DNA of 64,000 nt, taken from Brevundimonas sp. (GTDB taxonomy: Bacteria > Pseudomonadota > Alphaproteobacteria > Caulobacterales > Caulobacteraceae). Of the stretch, positions 24,041 to 33,679 are shown one piece after another. The stretch spans positions 684 to 64,683 of the forward strand of contig NZ_JBOHLI010000007.1 in assembly GCF_050729455.1 (NCBI RefSeq). Reading direction: 5' to 3'. The position numbers and the translations under genes are program-made. How positions within the stretch are numbered: the stretch's first letter is position 1; every line of letters begins with the position of its first letter. Below the pieces are notes generated by a model. That model was not told the DNA's origin. It ran no database searches and saw only the letters and a list, made by a program, of their open reading frames with translations.

Positions 24041-25318
24041 ATGATCCGCACCGCCTTGCTCGCCGCCGTTTCGCTCGCCGTCCTGGCGGGACCCGCTTTG
24101 GCTCAATCGCAGGGGAGCGCCGACACCGCGGGGCAGGAGAGGATGCTCCAGATTCTGCATCGCACGCCGCTGATCGACGGCCACAACGACCTGCCCTGGG
24201 CCCTGCGTCAGGGCTTTGGGAATGATCCTTATCGTGTTGATTTGACGACAAATCTTGAGGCGACGACCCGGCTCCACACCGACATTCCTCGCCTGCGCGC
24301 CGGGGGCGTCGGCGGTCAGTTCTGGTCGGTCTATGTCCCCGCCAGCCTGGAGCCGGTCGAGGCGGCCAAGGCCACCTTCGAGCAAATCGACACGGTCAAG
24401 CGCATCGTCGCCGCCCATCCCTCGGTGTTCGAGATCGCTGTGACCGCCGACGACATCACCCGCATCCACAAGGCCGGAAAAATCGCCAGCCTGATCGGCA
24501 TGGAAGGCGGCTATTCCATCGACGATTCGCTGGGCCTGCTGCGCGAGTTCTATGATTCGGGCGCGCGCTACATGACGCTGACCCACTCCAAGACCACGAC
24601 CTGGGCCGACAGCGCCACGGACGCGCCCAAGTGGGGCGGCCTGTCGCCCTTCGGCGAGCAGGTGGTCAAGGAGATGAACCGCCTCGGCATGATGGTCGAC
24701 CTGAGCCACGTCTCCGAGGAGACGATGACCGACGCCATCCGCATCTCGACAGCCCCGGTCATCTTCTCGCACTCGTCGGCGCGGGCCGTCACGGGCCATC
24801 CGCGCAACGTGCCCGACGCCGTTCTGCGGCTGATGCCGGCCAACGGCGGCATCGTCATGGTGACCTTCGTCCCGGGCTTCATCAGCGAGCCGGTGCGGGC
24901 CTGGGGCGCGGCTCGCTCGGCCGAGGATGCCCGTCTCAAGAGCCTGAACCCCGGCGCACCCGACGCGGTGAAGACCGGTCTCGAAGCCTGGACCGCCGCC
25001 AATCCGGCGCCGCGCGCCTCGCTGGACGACGTCGTGGCCCATATCCAGCACGTCCGCGAGGTGGCGGGGATCGACCATGTCGGCCTGGGCGGCGATTTCG
25101 ACGGCGTCGACAGCCTGCCTGAGGGCGTCGAGAGCGTGGAGGCCTATCCGCGCATCCTGGCCGAGCTGATGCGTCGCGGCTGGAGCGAGGCCGACATCCG
25201 CAAGCTGGCGGGCGAGAACCTGCTACGGACCATGCGCGGGGTGGAGCGGGCGGCGACGGCCCGGCGCGGCGAACGGCCGAATCTGGCGCAACTGCCGAAC
25301 GACGGCGCGCCGGAGTAG
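24041..25318 (+). CDS. Membrane (renal-type, M19) dipeptidase, secreted
   Basis: MIRTALLAAVSLAVLAGPALA signal. PLIDGHNDLPWALR...LTHSKTT..ADSA...DLSHVSEETM...SHSSARAV motifs. ATG 24041 after GAGGGGA. Confidence 0.88.
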   Translation: MIRTALLAAVSLAVLAGPALAQSQGSADTAGQERMLQILHRTPLIDGHNDLPWALRQGFGNDPYRVDLTTNLEATTRLHTDIPRLRAGGVGGQFWSVYVPASLEPVEAAKATFEQIDTVKRIVAAHPSVFEIAVTADDITRIHKAGKIASLIGMEGGYSIDDSLGLLREFYDSGARYMTLTHSKTTTWADSATDAPKWGGLSPFGEQVVKEMNRLGMMVDLSHVSEETMTDAIRISTAPVIFSHSSARAVTGHPRNVPDAVLRLMPANGGIVMVTFVPGFISEPVRAWGAARSAEDARLKSLNPGAPDAVKTGLEAWTAANPAPRASLDDVVAHIQHVREVAGIDHVGLGGDFDGVDSLPEGVESVEAYPRILAELMRRGWSEADIRKLAGENLLRTMRGVERAATARRGERPNLAQLPNDGAPE

Positions 25319-25322
25319 GGGG

Positions 25323-25958
25323 TTAGACGGGCTGCGGCGCTGGCGGGGCTTTCAAGCGAACCAGACGGGCGATCTCGAATGCGAGATCCTCGTCTGAGTG
25401 GTCGGGCTTCACTTCGATGAAGTCGACGCCGGCGCGTCGCAGCGCCTCTCGCTTGACCGCGTCGCGCGCAGCGGCCGTGCCTAGGTAGTGGCCGGAGCCC
25501 TGGAACTCCACGGCCGCCAGCGGATGACCGTCTCTGGCGATGACCAGCATATCCACGCGCTTGCTGTTGATGGCGGCGAAGGCCTTGGCGTCGGCCGAGG
25601 TCAGCACCTCGCCGAGCGATACCTGAGCCATCACGCGCCAGCCGGTCTGATGGCCGCGCAGGATGCGTTCGATCTGCAGGAAGGTGCGCGCCTCGTTTTT
25701 CGACATCAGCCGCTTGGGCCGAAACTCGGCGTTCATGACGGTGTCGAGTTGTGCGGCGGGATCGGTTCGGTCGTTGCGGACGTCTGACTTCACGAGTTTC
25801 AACCCGTTGCGCCAGCGCGTGTTTCGTGGCGGCGGGCGCCGCGCCTTGCGGCTACGAGCGCCGACGCCCAGTCCCGCCAGGAACCCGATCAGCGCGACGA
25901 AAGCCAGCAACAACGACAGGTTATCGGCTGACGTCAGTTCTCGCAGGAAGGCTTCCAA
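25323..25958 (-). CDS. Membrane-anchored DUF2726 (restriction-endonuclease-like fold) protein
   Basis: N-terminal TM helix LSLLLAFVALIGFLAGLGV, then VMAQVSLGEVL...AINSKRVDMLVIARDGHPLAAVEFQGSGH...RDAVKREALRRAGVDFIEV. Confidence 0.7.
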   Translation of the reverse strand: MEAFLRELTSADNLSLLLAFVALIGFLAGLGVGARSRKARRPPPRNTRWRNGLKLVKSDVRNDRTDPAAQLDTVMNAEFRPKRLMSKNEARTFLQIERILRGHQTGWRVMAQVSLGEVLTSADAKAFAAINSKRVDMLVIARDGHPLAAVEFQGSGHYLGTAAARDAVKREALRRAGVDFIEVKPDHSDEDLAFEIARLVRLKAPPAPQPV

Positions 25959-26042
25959 GGCAGTTGCTCCGCTCGTTCGGGAAACGGAGTTTGCCGTTCA
26001 GAATTTTGCGCTCGATGAATCGGCGTGGTTAAGCGCCTTGCC

Positions 26043-26501
26043 TCAGGGGCGCACCGGCAACTCCCCCAACTGCCTCAAGCCTTCCCACAGGGCGATGCCG
26101 GCGCTGACCGACAGGTTCAGCGAGCGGGTTTCCGGGCGGATGGGGATGAAGACGCGGGCGTCGGCGGCGGCGTGGACGTAATCGGGGGCGCCGGCGCTCT
26201 CGCGACCGAACAGAAGAATATCGTCAGGCTGAAATTCGAAGGCGGTCAGGGGCGTCGCTCCCCTTGTCGTGAACAGGACCAGCCGTCCGGGCGCGCGGTC
26301 GCGCTGGAAGGCGTCCCAGTCGGGATGGCGGGTCATATGGCTGAGCGGGCCGTAGTCCAGCGCAGCACGCTTCATGGCGCTGTCGTCGAAACGGAAGCCG
26401 ACGGGCTCGATCACGTGCAATTCGACGCCGAAACAGGCGCTCTGACGGATGCAGGCGCCCACATTCTGCGGGATGTCAGGTTGAAAAAGGGCGAGACGCA
26501 T
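26043..26501 (-). CDS. trmL: tRNA (cytidine/uridine34-2'-O)-methyltransferase
   Basis: MRLALFQPDIPQNVGACIRQSACFGVELHVIEP...SLNLSVSAGIALWE (SPOUT). Start set at internal ATG 26501. Confidence 0.88.
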   Translation of the reverse strand: MRLALFQPDIPQNVGACIRQSACFGVELHVIEPVGFRFDDSAMKRAALDYGPLSHMTRHPDWDAFQRDRAPGRLVLFTTRGATPLTAFEFQPDDILLFGRESAGAPDYVHAAADARVFIPIRPETRSLNLSVSAGIALWEGLRQLGELPVRP

Positions 26502-26696
26502 TCTAAGGCCCTCATACGCGCGGGCCGGGGCCTTGTCGCGGTCTTTGTTGCGACTGTTTCGCAAGGTGCGTCAGCGTCTTGCAGGAGCGGCCCGCAAACC
26601 GAGGACCGACCGACATCGCCTCCGTTCCGCTAGACGATCATGCCGACGGCCATCCCACTCCCGGGGCGGACGTTCGGGACTGCAGAGGTGAGACGC

Positions 26697-27257
26697 GTGG
26701 CCGAATCGGTCGTGACTGCTGAAGGGCCTGAGGGCCAACACGGGGGCGGCGACGCCACCCGCCGCGACTTCATCCACATCGCCGCCGGCGCCGCCGCGGT
26801 CGGTGCGGGCGTGATGGTGGCCTGGCCGCTGATCAACCAGATGAACCCCGCCGCCGACACCCTGGCCCTGGCGTCGATCGAATTCGATCTGACCAAGGTT
26901 CAGGAAGGCCAGCAGGTCGTCATCAAATGGCAGGGCAAGCCGGTCTTCGTGCGCTATCGCACCCCGGCCGAGCTGAAGCGCGTCATCGCCGACGACAACT
27001 CTTCGGATCTGAAGGATCCGCAGACGGACGCCGAGCGGACCAAGCCGGGCCATGAGAAGTATCTGGTCGTCATCGGTTCGTGCACCCACCTGGGCTGCGT
27101 CCCGACCTTCGGTTCGGGCGACTACGGCGGCTGGTTCTGCCCCTGCCACGGTTCGCACTATGACGCCTCGGGCCGTATTCGTAAGGGACCGGCGCCGATC
27201 AACCTGGTGGTGCCGAACTACGAATATATGTCCGACACCCGCGTCAAAATCGGCTGA
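26697..27257 (+). CDS. petA: Ubiquinol-cytochrome c reductase Rieske iron-sulfur subunit
   Basis: [18 protein letters not shown] (Tat-like), CTHLGC and CPCHGSHYD Rieske boxes. GTG 26697 after GAGGTGA is preferred; the track start 26640 is possible. Confidence 0.9.
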   Translation: MAESVVTAEGPEGQHGGGDATRRDFIHIAAGAAAVGAGVMVAWPLINQMNPAADTLALASIEFDLTKVQEGQQVVIKWQGKPVFVRYRTPAELKRVIADDNSSDLKDPQTDAERTKPGHEKYLVVIGSCTHLGCVPTFGSGDYGGWFCPCHGSHYDASGRIRKGPAPINLVVPNYEYMSDTRVKIG

Positions 27258-27274
27258 GGACGGACCGAGGAACC

Positions 27275-28573
27275 ATGAGCGATCACGAATCCACCTACGT
27301 CCCGAAGACCGCTTTCGAGCGGTGGATGGACACCCGCCTGCCGATCATCCGCTTCGGCATGGACTACGCCAACCTGCCGACCCCCCGGAACCTGAACTAC
27401 TGGTGGACCTTCGGCGGCATCCTGGCCCTGTGCCTGATGACGCAGATCATCACCGGCATCGTTCTGGCCATGCACTATACGCCGAACACGGCCCTGGCCT
27501 TTGAGTCGGTCGAGCGCATCATGCGCGACGTCAACGGCGGCTGGCTGATCCGCTATGTGCACGCCAACGGCGCGTCGATGTTCTTCATCGCCGTCTACCT
27601 GCACATGCTTCGCGGCCTCTACTACGGCTCCTACAAGGCGCCGCGCGAGATGATCTGGATCGTCGGCTGCCTGATCTTCTTCCTGATGATCGCCACCGCC
27701 TTCCTGGGCTACGTCCTGCCCTGGGGCCAGATGTCCTTCTGGGGCGCTGAGGTCATCACCAACCTGATCGGCGCCATTCCGGTCGTCGGCGAGCCGATCC
27801 TGATCTGGCTGCGCGGCGGCCCGGCCATCGACAACGCCACCCTGAACCGCTTCTTCTCGCTGCACTACCTGCTGCCGTTCGTCATCGCCGGCTGCGTGGT
27901 GCTGCACCTGTGGGCCCTGCACGCCGCCGGTCAGAACAACCCGGTCGGCATCCTGATCCCGAAGGACCGCGAGAAGAAGGACATGCTGCCCTTCCACCCG
28001 TACTTCACGGTCAAGGACGGCTTCGCGATCATCCTGTTCCTGATCCTGTTCTCGGTCTTCGTCTTCTATCAGCCGAACGCCCTGGGCCACGCCGACAACT
28101 ACATCCCGGCCAACCCGCTGCAGACCCCGGCCCACATCGTTCCCGAATGGTATATGCTGCCGTTCTACGCGATCCTGCGCGCCATCCCCGACAAGTTCGG
28201 CGGCGTGGTGGCCATGTTCGGCGCCATCGGCGTGCTGTTCGTCCTGCCGTGGCTGGACACGTCCAAGGTGCGCTCGATGCGCTACCGCCCGACGATGCGC
28301 ACCTGCTTCATCATCTTCCTGTTCGTGTGCTTCGGCCTCGGCTGGTGCGGTGGTCAGCTGCCGGACGCTCCGGTCATCCCGGGTATGCCCAGCTTCACCC
28401 TGTTTGACGGCCAGCTGAACTCCTACCTGTGGCTGACGCGTCTGCTGACGGCCTACTACTTCATCTTCTTCCTGGTGCTGATGCCGTTCCTCGGCCTGCG
28501 CGAGAAGCCGCTGCCGGTCCCGGCGACGATTTCCGAGCCGGTCCTGTCGGGCGACGCCGAGCAGAAGGGCTGA
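27275..28573 (+). CDS. petB: Cytochrome b
   Basis: [30 protein letters not shown]...[12 protein letters not shown]... Confidence 0.95.
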   Translation: MSDHESTYVPKTAFERWMDTRLPIIRFGMDYANLPTPRNLNYWWTFGGILALCLMTQIITGIVLAMHYTPNTALAFESVERIMRDVNGGWLIRYVHANGASMFFIAVYLHMLRGLYYGSYKAPREMIWIVGCLIFFLMIATAFLGYVLPWGQMSFWGAEVITNLIGAIPVVGEPILIWLRGGPAIDNATLNRFFSLHYLLPFVIAGCVVLHLWALHAAGQNNPVGILIPKDREKKDMLPFHPYFTVKDGFAIILFLILFSVFVFYQPNALGHADNYIPANPLQTPAHIVPEWYMLPFYAILRAIPDKFGGVVAMFGAIGVLFVLPWLDTSKVRSMRYRPTMRTCFIIFLFVCFGLGWCGGQLPDAPVIPGMPSFTLFDGQLNSYLWLTRLLTAYYFIFFLVLMPFLGLREKPLPVPATISEPVLSGDAEQKG

Positions 28574-28578
28574 ACGCG

Positions 28579-29454
28579 ATGATTTCCAACGAGAAGAAAA
28601 CCGTGTCCTTCCGCAAGATCCTGGTTTCCCTGACGGCCGCTATCGGTCTGGTCGCCTTCGCCGCTCCGGCGATGGCCTCCGGGGGCGCCAAGCACCCGCG
28701 CAGCGGCGGCTTCAGCTTCGAGGGGCCGTTCGGCACCTACGACCAGGGCCAGCTGCAGCGCGGCTACAAGGTCTACAAGGAAGTCTGCGCCTCGTGCCAC
28801 AGCATGAACCTGGTGCACTTCCGCAACCTGGGCGACAAGCACGGGCCGTTCTGGAACCCCGAGTACCCGAACCCGAACGACAACCCCGTCGTGAAGGCTC
28901 TGGCCAAGGAAGTTCAGGTCCCGGACATCGACAGCGAGACGGGCGAGGCGCTGATGCGCGACGCCACCACCGCCGACAAGTTCCCGTCGCCCTATCCGAA
29001 TGCCACGGCCGCCGCCGCGGCCAACGGCGGCGCGGCTCCGCCCGACCTGTCGGTGATGGCCAAGGCCCGCCACGACGGCGCCAACTACATCTACTCGCTG
29101 CTGTCGGGCTATGGGACCCCGCCCGCCGGCCTGAAGATGACCTCGGCCCAGCACTACAACCCTTATATGGCGGGCGACCTGACCCCGTTCTGGGAAGGCG
29201 AGGGACACGTTCCCCCGGGCGGCTTCATCGCCATGCCCGCGCCGCTCCGCGACGGTCAGGTCACCTATGACGACGGCACCAAGGCCAGCGTCGACCAGAT
29301 GGCCAAGGACGTCGCCGCCTTCATCGCCTGGACCTCCGAGCCCAAGGCGACCGAGCGCAAGCAGATGGGCTTTGGCGTGATCATCTTCCTGCTGCTGTTC
29401 GCAGGGATCACCTACGCCAGCTACCGCCGCATCTGGAGGGGCGTCGCCCACTAA
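28579..29454 (+). CDS. petC: Cytochrome c1
   Basis: MISNEKKTVSFRKILVSLTAAIGLVAFAAPAMA signal, CASCHS haem motif, C-terminal TM anchor. The track start 28429 overlaps petB. Confidence 0.92.
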   Translation: MISNEKKTVSFRKILVSLTAAIGLVAFAAPAMASGGAKHPRSGGFSFEGPFGTYDQGQLQRGYKVYKEVCASCHSMNLVHFRNLGDKHGPFWNPEYPNPNDNPVVKALAKEVQVPDIDSETGEALMRDATTADKFPSPYPNATAAAAANGGAAPPDLSVMAKARHDGANYIYSLLSGYGTPPAGLKMTSAQHYNPYMAGDLTPFWEGEGHVPPGGFIAMPAPLRDGQVTYDDGTKASVDQMAKDVAAFIAWTSEPKATERKQMGFGVIIFLLLFAGITYASYRRIWRGVAH

Positions 29455-29479
29455 GGCGATACCCGTTCGAGACGAGATG

Positions 29480-29509
29480 ACCCGCCGGAGCGATCCGGCG
29501 GGTTTTTTC
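29480..29509 (+). terminator. Rho-independent terminator of petABC
   Basis: ACCCGCCGGA-GCGA-TCCGGCGGGT followed by TTTTTC. Confidence 0.85.
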
Positions 29510-29570
29510 ATGTCCGGTTGCCTCGTTTTAAAAAGTGCTTTATATCGCAAAGTTGTAGGGAGATTCACTG

Positions 29571-30146
29571 ATGAAGCCGTTCGTCTGCCTGGCGCTTGCC
29601 GCCGTCCTCGTGACCGCTCCTGTAGCGGCAGATGCCCAGACGCCCTCGCCCAATGGGACTGAGGCCCAGCGCGCGGCCATAGATCGGCTGGCCTTCCTGG
29701 ACGGGGAATGGCGCGGCGAGGCGACCATCCATGGACCCGCCGGTCCCATGACCCTGACCCAGACGGAACGTGTCGGTTCGATGTTGGGCGGCTCGATCAA
29801 GGTCATCGAAGGTCGCGGCTACGCTGCTGACGGCTCGACCCAGTTCAACGCCATGGCCCTGGTGTCGTGGGACGCCCGCGCTGGCCGCTACGGGTTCCGC
29901 TCCTACGCTCAGGGCTATTCGGGCGATTACGCCTTTGAAGTCACCGATGACGGTTTCCGCTGGGAGACGCCGGCCGGGCCGAACGCGAAGATGCAGTACG
30001 TGGCCGTGGTGCGCGATGGGACCTGGCACGAGGTCGGCGTCATTGTCGCCGAGGGCCAGCCGCCGCGCCAGGTGATCGAGATGCGGCTGACCCGGATCGG
30101 CGACACGGATTGGCCGGCGGGCGGGGCGGTCGGTCCGACCCCCTGA
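29571..30146 (+). CDS. Secreted DUF1579-like protein
   Basis: Signal MKPFVCLALAAVLVTAPVAADA. LDGEWRGEAT...G.Y.F.VTDDGFRWE pattern recalled from DUF1579. The family name is tentative. Confidence 0.6.
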   Translation: MKPFVCLALAAVLVTAPVAADAQTPSPNGTEAQRAAIDRLAFLDGEWRGEATIHGPAGPMTLTQTERVGSMLGGSIKVIEGRGYAADGSTQFNAMALVSWDARAGRYGFRSYAQGYSGDYAFEVTDDGFRWETPAGPNAKMQYVAVVRDGTWHEVGVIVAEGQPPRQVIEMRLTRIGDTDWPAGGAVGPTP

Positions 30147-30228
30147 TCGTTCCGAATCCACCGCATCGACTCCGCCGATTTCGACCGATAGGGTCCCGGC
30201 CATTGTTTTGGTTGAGGGGTCTGTTCCC

Positions 30229-31869
30229 ATGCGTCTGATGTCGTCCGCCGCCGTCCTGTTGTTCGCCGCCGCCCTGGCCTCTGGCGCCGCCGCCCAGGCT
30301 CCCGTCTTCGATGCGGCGCGCATTTCCAACGACATCAAGGTTCTGTCCGACGACAGCTTCGAGGGGCGCGGCATCGCCACCCCGGCCGAGCAGAAGGTCA
30401 TCGACTATCTGAGCCGTCAGTATGAGGCGGCCGGCTTCGCCCCCGGCGGCGAGAACGGCGGCTGGACCCAGGCGGTCGGCCTGAACCGCTTCACCGTCTC
30501 CAACGTCAGCGGCCAGATCAAGGTCGGCGACTGGACCCAGGCTCTGGCCCAGGGCCAGCAGGCCACGATCACCACCCGCCTGCCCGGCGAAGGCGTGGAC
30601 CTGCGCGCCAAGCCGCTGGTCTTCGTCGGCTACGGCACCACCGCCCCCGAGCGCGACTGGAACGACTTCAAGACCGACGTGCGCGGCAAGGTCATCGTGG
30701 TCCTGGTCAACGACGCGGACTTTGAAGACCCGTCGCTGAACACCTTCGGCGGCGTGGCCATGACCTACTACGGTCGCTGGACCTACAAGTACGAAGAGGC
30801 GGCGCGTCAGGGCGCGGCAGGCGTTCTGATCGTCCATGAGACCAAGCCCGCCTCCTATGGCTGGACCACGGTGGCCAACTCCTGGTCCGTGCCCCAGTTC
30901 GACATCGTGCGTCAGAATCCTTCGGCCGAGCGGGTGCCGATGGAGGCCTGGATCCAGCGCGACGTGGCCGTCGAGATGTTCCGCCAGGCCGGGCTCGACT
31001 TCGAGCAGGAGAAGATCAAGGCTCGCAGCCGCGACTTCCAGCCGGTCGAACTGGCCGGCGCGACCATCGACGCCAGGTTCGACGTGAAGACCGACCGGAT
31101 CGTCACCCACAACGTCGTGGCCAAGCTGGAAGGCTCGACCCATCCCGACGAGACCATCCTCTACACCGGCCACTGGGACCATATCGGCATGGGCGAGCCG
31201 GACGCCAGCGGCGACCGCATCTTCAACGGCGCCGTGGACAACGCCTCGGGCACGGCGGGCCTGCTGGAGCTGGCGCGTCAGTGGGCGGCGGGGCCGAAGC
31301 CCGAGCGCACCATCGTCATGATCAGCTTCACCGGCGAGGAAAGCGGCCTGCTGGGGTCGGAGTTCTACGCCGCCAATCCGCTCTATCCGCTGGAAACGAC
31401 GGTGGCGGGCTTCAACCTGGACGCCTCCAGCGTGCTGGGCCGGATGAGCAAGCTGGGCGTCACCGGCTACGGCCAGTCCAACCTGGATGAGCGCGTCATC
31501 GCCCTGGCCGCCGCGCAAGGGCGGGGCTTCGAGGGCGACGCGGGCGCGGGCGCGGGCATCTATTTCCGTTCGGACCACTTCCCGCTGGCCAAGCGCGGCG
31601 TGCCGATGGGCTATCTGTCCTCGACCGGCGACTACGTCGACGAACCGATCGCCCCGCGTCAGGCGGCTGCCGCCGAATACCGCGCCAACCGTTATCACCA
31701 GGCCGCCGACGAGTGGGAGCCGAACTGGGACTATCGCGGCATGATTCAGGATCTGGAGGTCGTCTTCCAGGCCGGTCAGGCCCTGGCCAACAGCCGCGAC
31801 TGGCCGCAGTGGAAATCCGGTTCGGAGTTTGGCCCGGCCCGCACGGTCAGCGACGCCCAGCGCAAGTAG
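30229..31869 (+). CDS. Secreted M28-family aminopeptidase with PA domain (paralogue 1)
   Basis: Signal MRLMSSAAVLLFAAALASGAAAQA. HNVVAKLEGS...HWDHIG...FNGAVDNASGTAGLLELAR...FTGEESGLLGSEFY...SDHFPLAKRGVP. Confidence 0.88.
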   Translation: MRLMSSAAVLLFAAALASGAAAQAPVFDAARISNDIKVLSDDSFEGRGIATPAEQKVIDYLSRQYEAAGFAPGGENGGWTQAVGLNRFTVSNVSGQIKVGDWTQALAQGQQATITTRLPGEGVDLRAKPLVFVGYGTTAPERDWNDFKTDVRGKVIVVLVNDADFEDPSLNTFGGVAMTYYGRWTYKYEEAARQGAAGVLIVHETKPASYGWTTVANSWSVPQFDIVRQNPSAERVPMEAWIQRDVAVEMFRQAGLDFEQEKIKARSRDFQPVELAGATIDARFDVKTDRIVTHNVVAKLEGSTHPDETILYTGHWDHIGMGEPDASGDRIFNGAVDNASGTAGLLELARQWAAGPKPERTIVMISFTGEESGLLGSEFYAANPLYPLETTVAGFNLDASSVLGRMSKLGVTGYGQSNLDERVIALAAAQGRGFEGDAGAGAGIYFRSDHFPLAKRGVPMGYLSSTGDYVDEPIAPRQAAAAEYRANRYHQAADEWEPNWDYRGMIQDLEVVFQAGQALANSRDWPQWKSGSEFGPARTVSDAQRK

Positions 31870-31912
31870 GTCGCGGCCGATCCGCCTTCGCGGAATATGA
31901 CAAAAAAGTAAG

Positions 31913-31945
31913 GGGCGACCTCGCAGGAGGTCGCCCTATTACTTT
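31913..31945 (+). terminator. Rho-independent terminator between the two M28 genes
   Basis: GGGCGACCTC-GCAG-GAGGTCGCCC followed by TATTACTTT. Confidence 0.65.
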
Positions 31946-31981
31946 GCGCGAAGGCCCCGTGGGGAGGGCTCGGGAGTTTCC

Positions 31982-33592
31982 ATGCATCGTCGGTTCATCA
32001 GCGGCGTCGCCGCAACCGCTCTTCTGCTCGTCGCCGGTGCGGCGGCGGCTCAGGACTTTTCGGCTCAGCGCCTGTCGGATGAAATCCGCACCATCAGCGC
32101 CGACGACTTCCAGGGCCGCTATCCCGGAACGGACGGCGAGAAGAAGACGCTGGACTGGCTGCAAGCCCAGTATGAGGCCATGGGCATGGCCCCCGGCGGC
32201 CCGAACGGCCAATGGCTGCAGGTCATCGACCTGAAGCGGTTCACGCCTGTCGCTGACGCCGCCAAGGCCAGTTGGACCGGCGCGGACGGTCAGGTCCACG
32301 CCCTGACGCCGGGAAGCGACATCACCCTGCGGGCGGTCAGCAACGACGGCAAGGCGGCCATCACCGGCGCCGGCCTGGTCTTCGCCGGCTACGGCATCCA
32401 TGCGCCCGAACGCGGCTGGGACGACTACGGCGGCCTCGACGTGGCGGGCAAGGTCGTCCTCGTCGTCAGCGGAGAGCCCGACGGCGACCTGTTCAACGGC
32501 CCCTACACGACCAACTACCAGTCCGGCGCCTACAAGGCGGACGAGGCCAAGCGCCGGGGCGCGGTCGGCGTCATCACCGTCGTCAACGTCGCCGCCTCGG
32601 AGGCAGGCTGGACTCGCCAGACCCAGGGCGCAGGCCGCGTCCGCACCATGACGCCGGGTGCGGCTGACCTGGAGTTCTCGGGCGCGATCAACGCCGATAC
32701 GGCCAAAGCCCTGGGGCTGGACATGGCCGCCCTGACGCCGCGCCTCGCGACGGGCGATTTCCGCGCCGTCGACCTGCCCGGCGTGACCCTGTCGGTCGAG
32801 ACGGCCGAGACCATCGACACCCTGCGCACCCACAACCTGCTGGCCAAAATTCCGGGCGCCGAGCGTCCGAACGAGACCATCATCTATTCGGCCCACTGGG
32901 ACCACGTCGGGGTCAACAACCATGCGGCCGGCGACGACAAGATTTTCAACGGCGCCTGGGACAACGCTTCGGGCACCATCGGCGTGCTGGAAATGGCGCG
33001 TCAACTGAAGGCCGCGCCTGCGCCGGACCGCACCATCGTCTTCGCCCACATGGCCGCCGAGGAAATGGGCCTGCTGGGCGCCTACGCCTATGCCGCCGAT
33101 CCGGTCTATCCGCTGGAAACGACCGTGGCTGACATCAATATCGACATGCTGCCCCTCAGCGGCCCGACGCGCGACGTGCCGATCTTCGGCAAGGGCCAGA
33201 ACACGCTGGAAGACGACCTGCAGGCCCTGGCGGCCAAGGAAGGCCGCTATGTCTCCGACGACGGCCAGCCGGAGCAGGGCTTCTACTACCGCTCCGACCA
33301 CTTCCCCTTCGCCCGCGCGGGCGTGCCGGCCCTGATGCCCTGGCACGGCGTGGACTGGGTGGACGGCGGGCGTGAGGCCGGTCTGGCGGCGTGGAAAGCC
33401 AAGTTCGGCGCCGATTACCATAGGCCTAGCGACGAATGGTCCGCCGATTGGGACCTGCGCTCGGCGGTCGAGAACCTGACCCTGCTGTACCAACTGGGTC
33501 TGCAACTGGCGAACAGCGACGAATGGCCGAGCTGGAAACCGACGTCGGAATTCGGCCAGGTCCGCTCGGCTTCGGACAGTGCGCGCCGCTAG
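31982..33592 (+). CDS. Secreted M28-family aminopeptidase with PA domain (paralogue 2)
   Basis: Same architecture and motifs as 30229-31869 (HNLLAKIPGA...HWDHVG...FNGAWDNASGTIGVLEMAR...AAEEMGLLGAYAY...SDHFPFARAGVP). Confidence 0.88.
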   Translation: MHRRFISGVAATALLLVAGAAAAQDFSAQRLSDEIRTISADDFQGRYPGTDGEKKTLDWLQAQYEAMGMAPGGPNGQWLQVIDLKRFTPVADAAKASWTGADGQVHALTPGSDITLRAVSNDGKAAITGAGLVFAGYGIHAPERGWDDYGGLDVAGKVVLVVSGEPDGDLFNGPYTTNYQSGAYKADEAKRRGAVGVITVVNVAASEAGWTRQTQGAGRVRTMTPGAADLEFSGAINADTAKALGLDMAALTPRLATGDFRAVDLPGVTLSVETAETIDTLRTHNLLAKIPGAERPNETIIYSAHWDHVGVNNHAAGDDKIFNGAWDNASGTIGVLEMARQLKAAPAPDRTIVFAHMAAEEMGLLGAYAYAADPVYPLETTVADINIDMLPLSGPTRDVPIFGKGQNTLEDDLQALAAKEGRYVSDDGQPEQGFYYRSDHFPFARAGVPALMPWHGVDWVDGGREAGLAAWKAKFGADYHRPSDEWSADWDLRSAVENLTLLYQLGLQLANSDEWPSWKPTSEFGQVRSASDSARR

Positions 33593-33617
33593 AAGGCGAC
33601 GCGGCCGCTGAAGAACA

Positions 33618-33650
33618 AGGCCCTCCGTCCGTTTCCGGGCGGAGGGCCTT
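33618..33650. terminator. Bidirectional hairpin terminator between convergent genes
   Basis: AAGGCCCTCCG-N11-CGGAGGGCCTT. Confidence 0.65.
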
Positions 33651-33679
33651 CTGCTGAACGCGCGGGAGGAGGGCGCGCG

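Noticed and set aside
28429-28578. Upstream extension of the cytochrome c1 ORF. The same applies to the extensions of the PepSY ORF (42217-42462) and the recN, dipeptidase, trmL and M28 ORFs.
   Set aside because: The extensions overlap the preceding gene or lack signal-peptide logic. Internal ATG/GTG starts give canonical N-termini and ribosome-binding sites.
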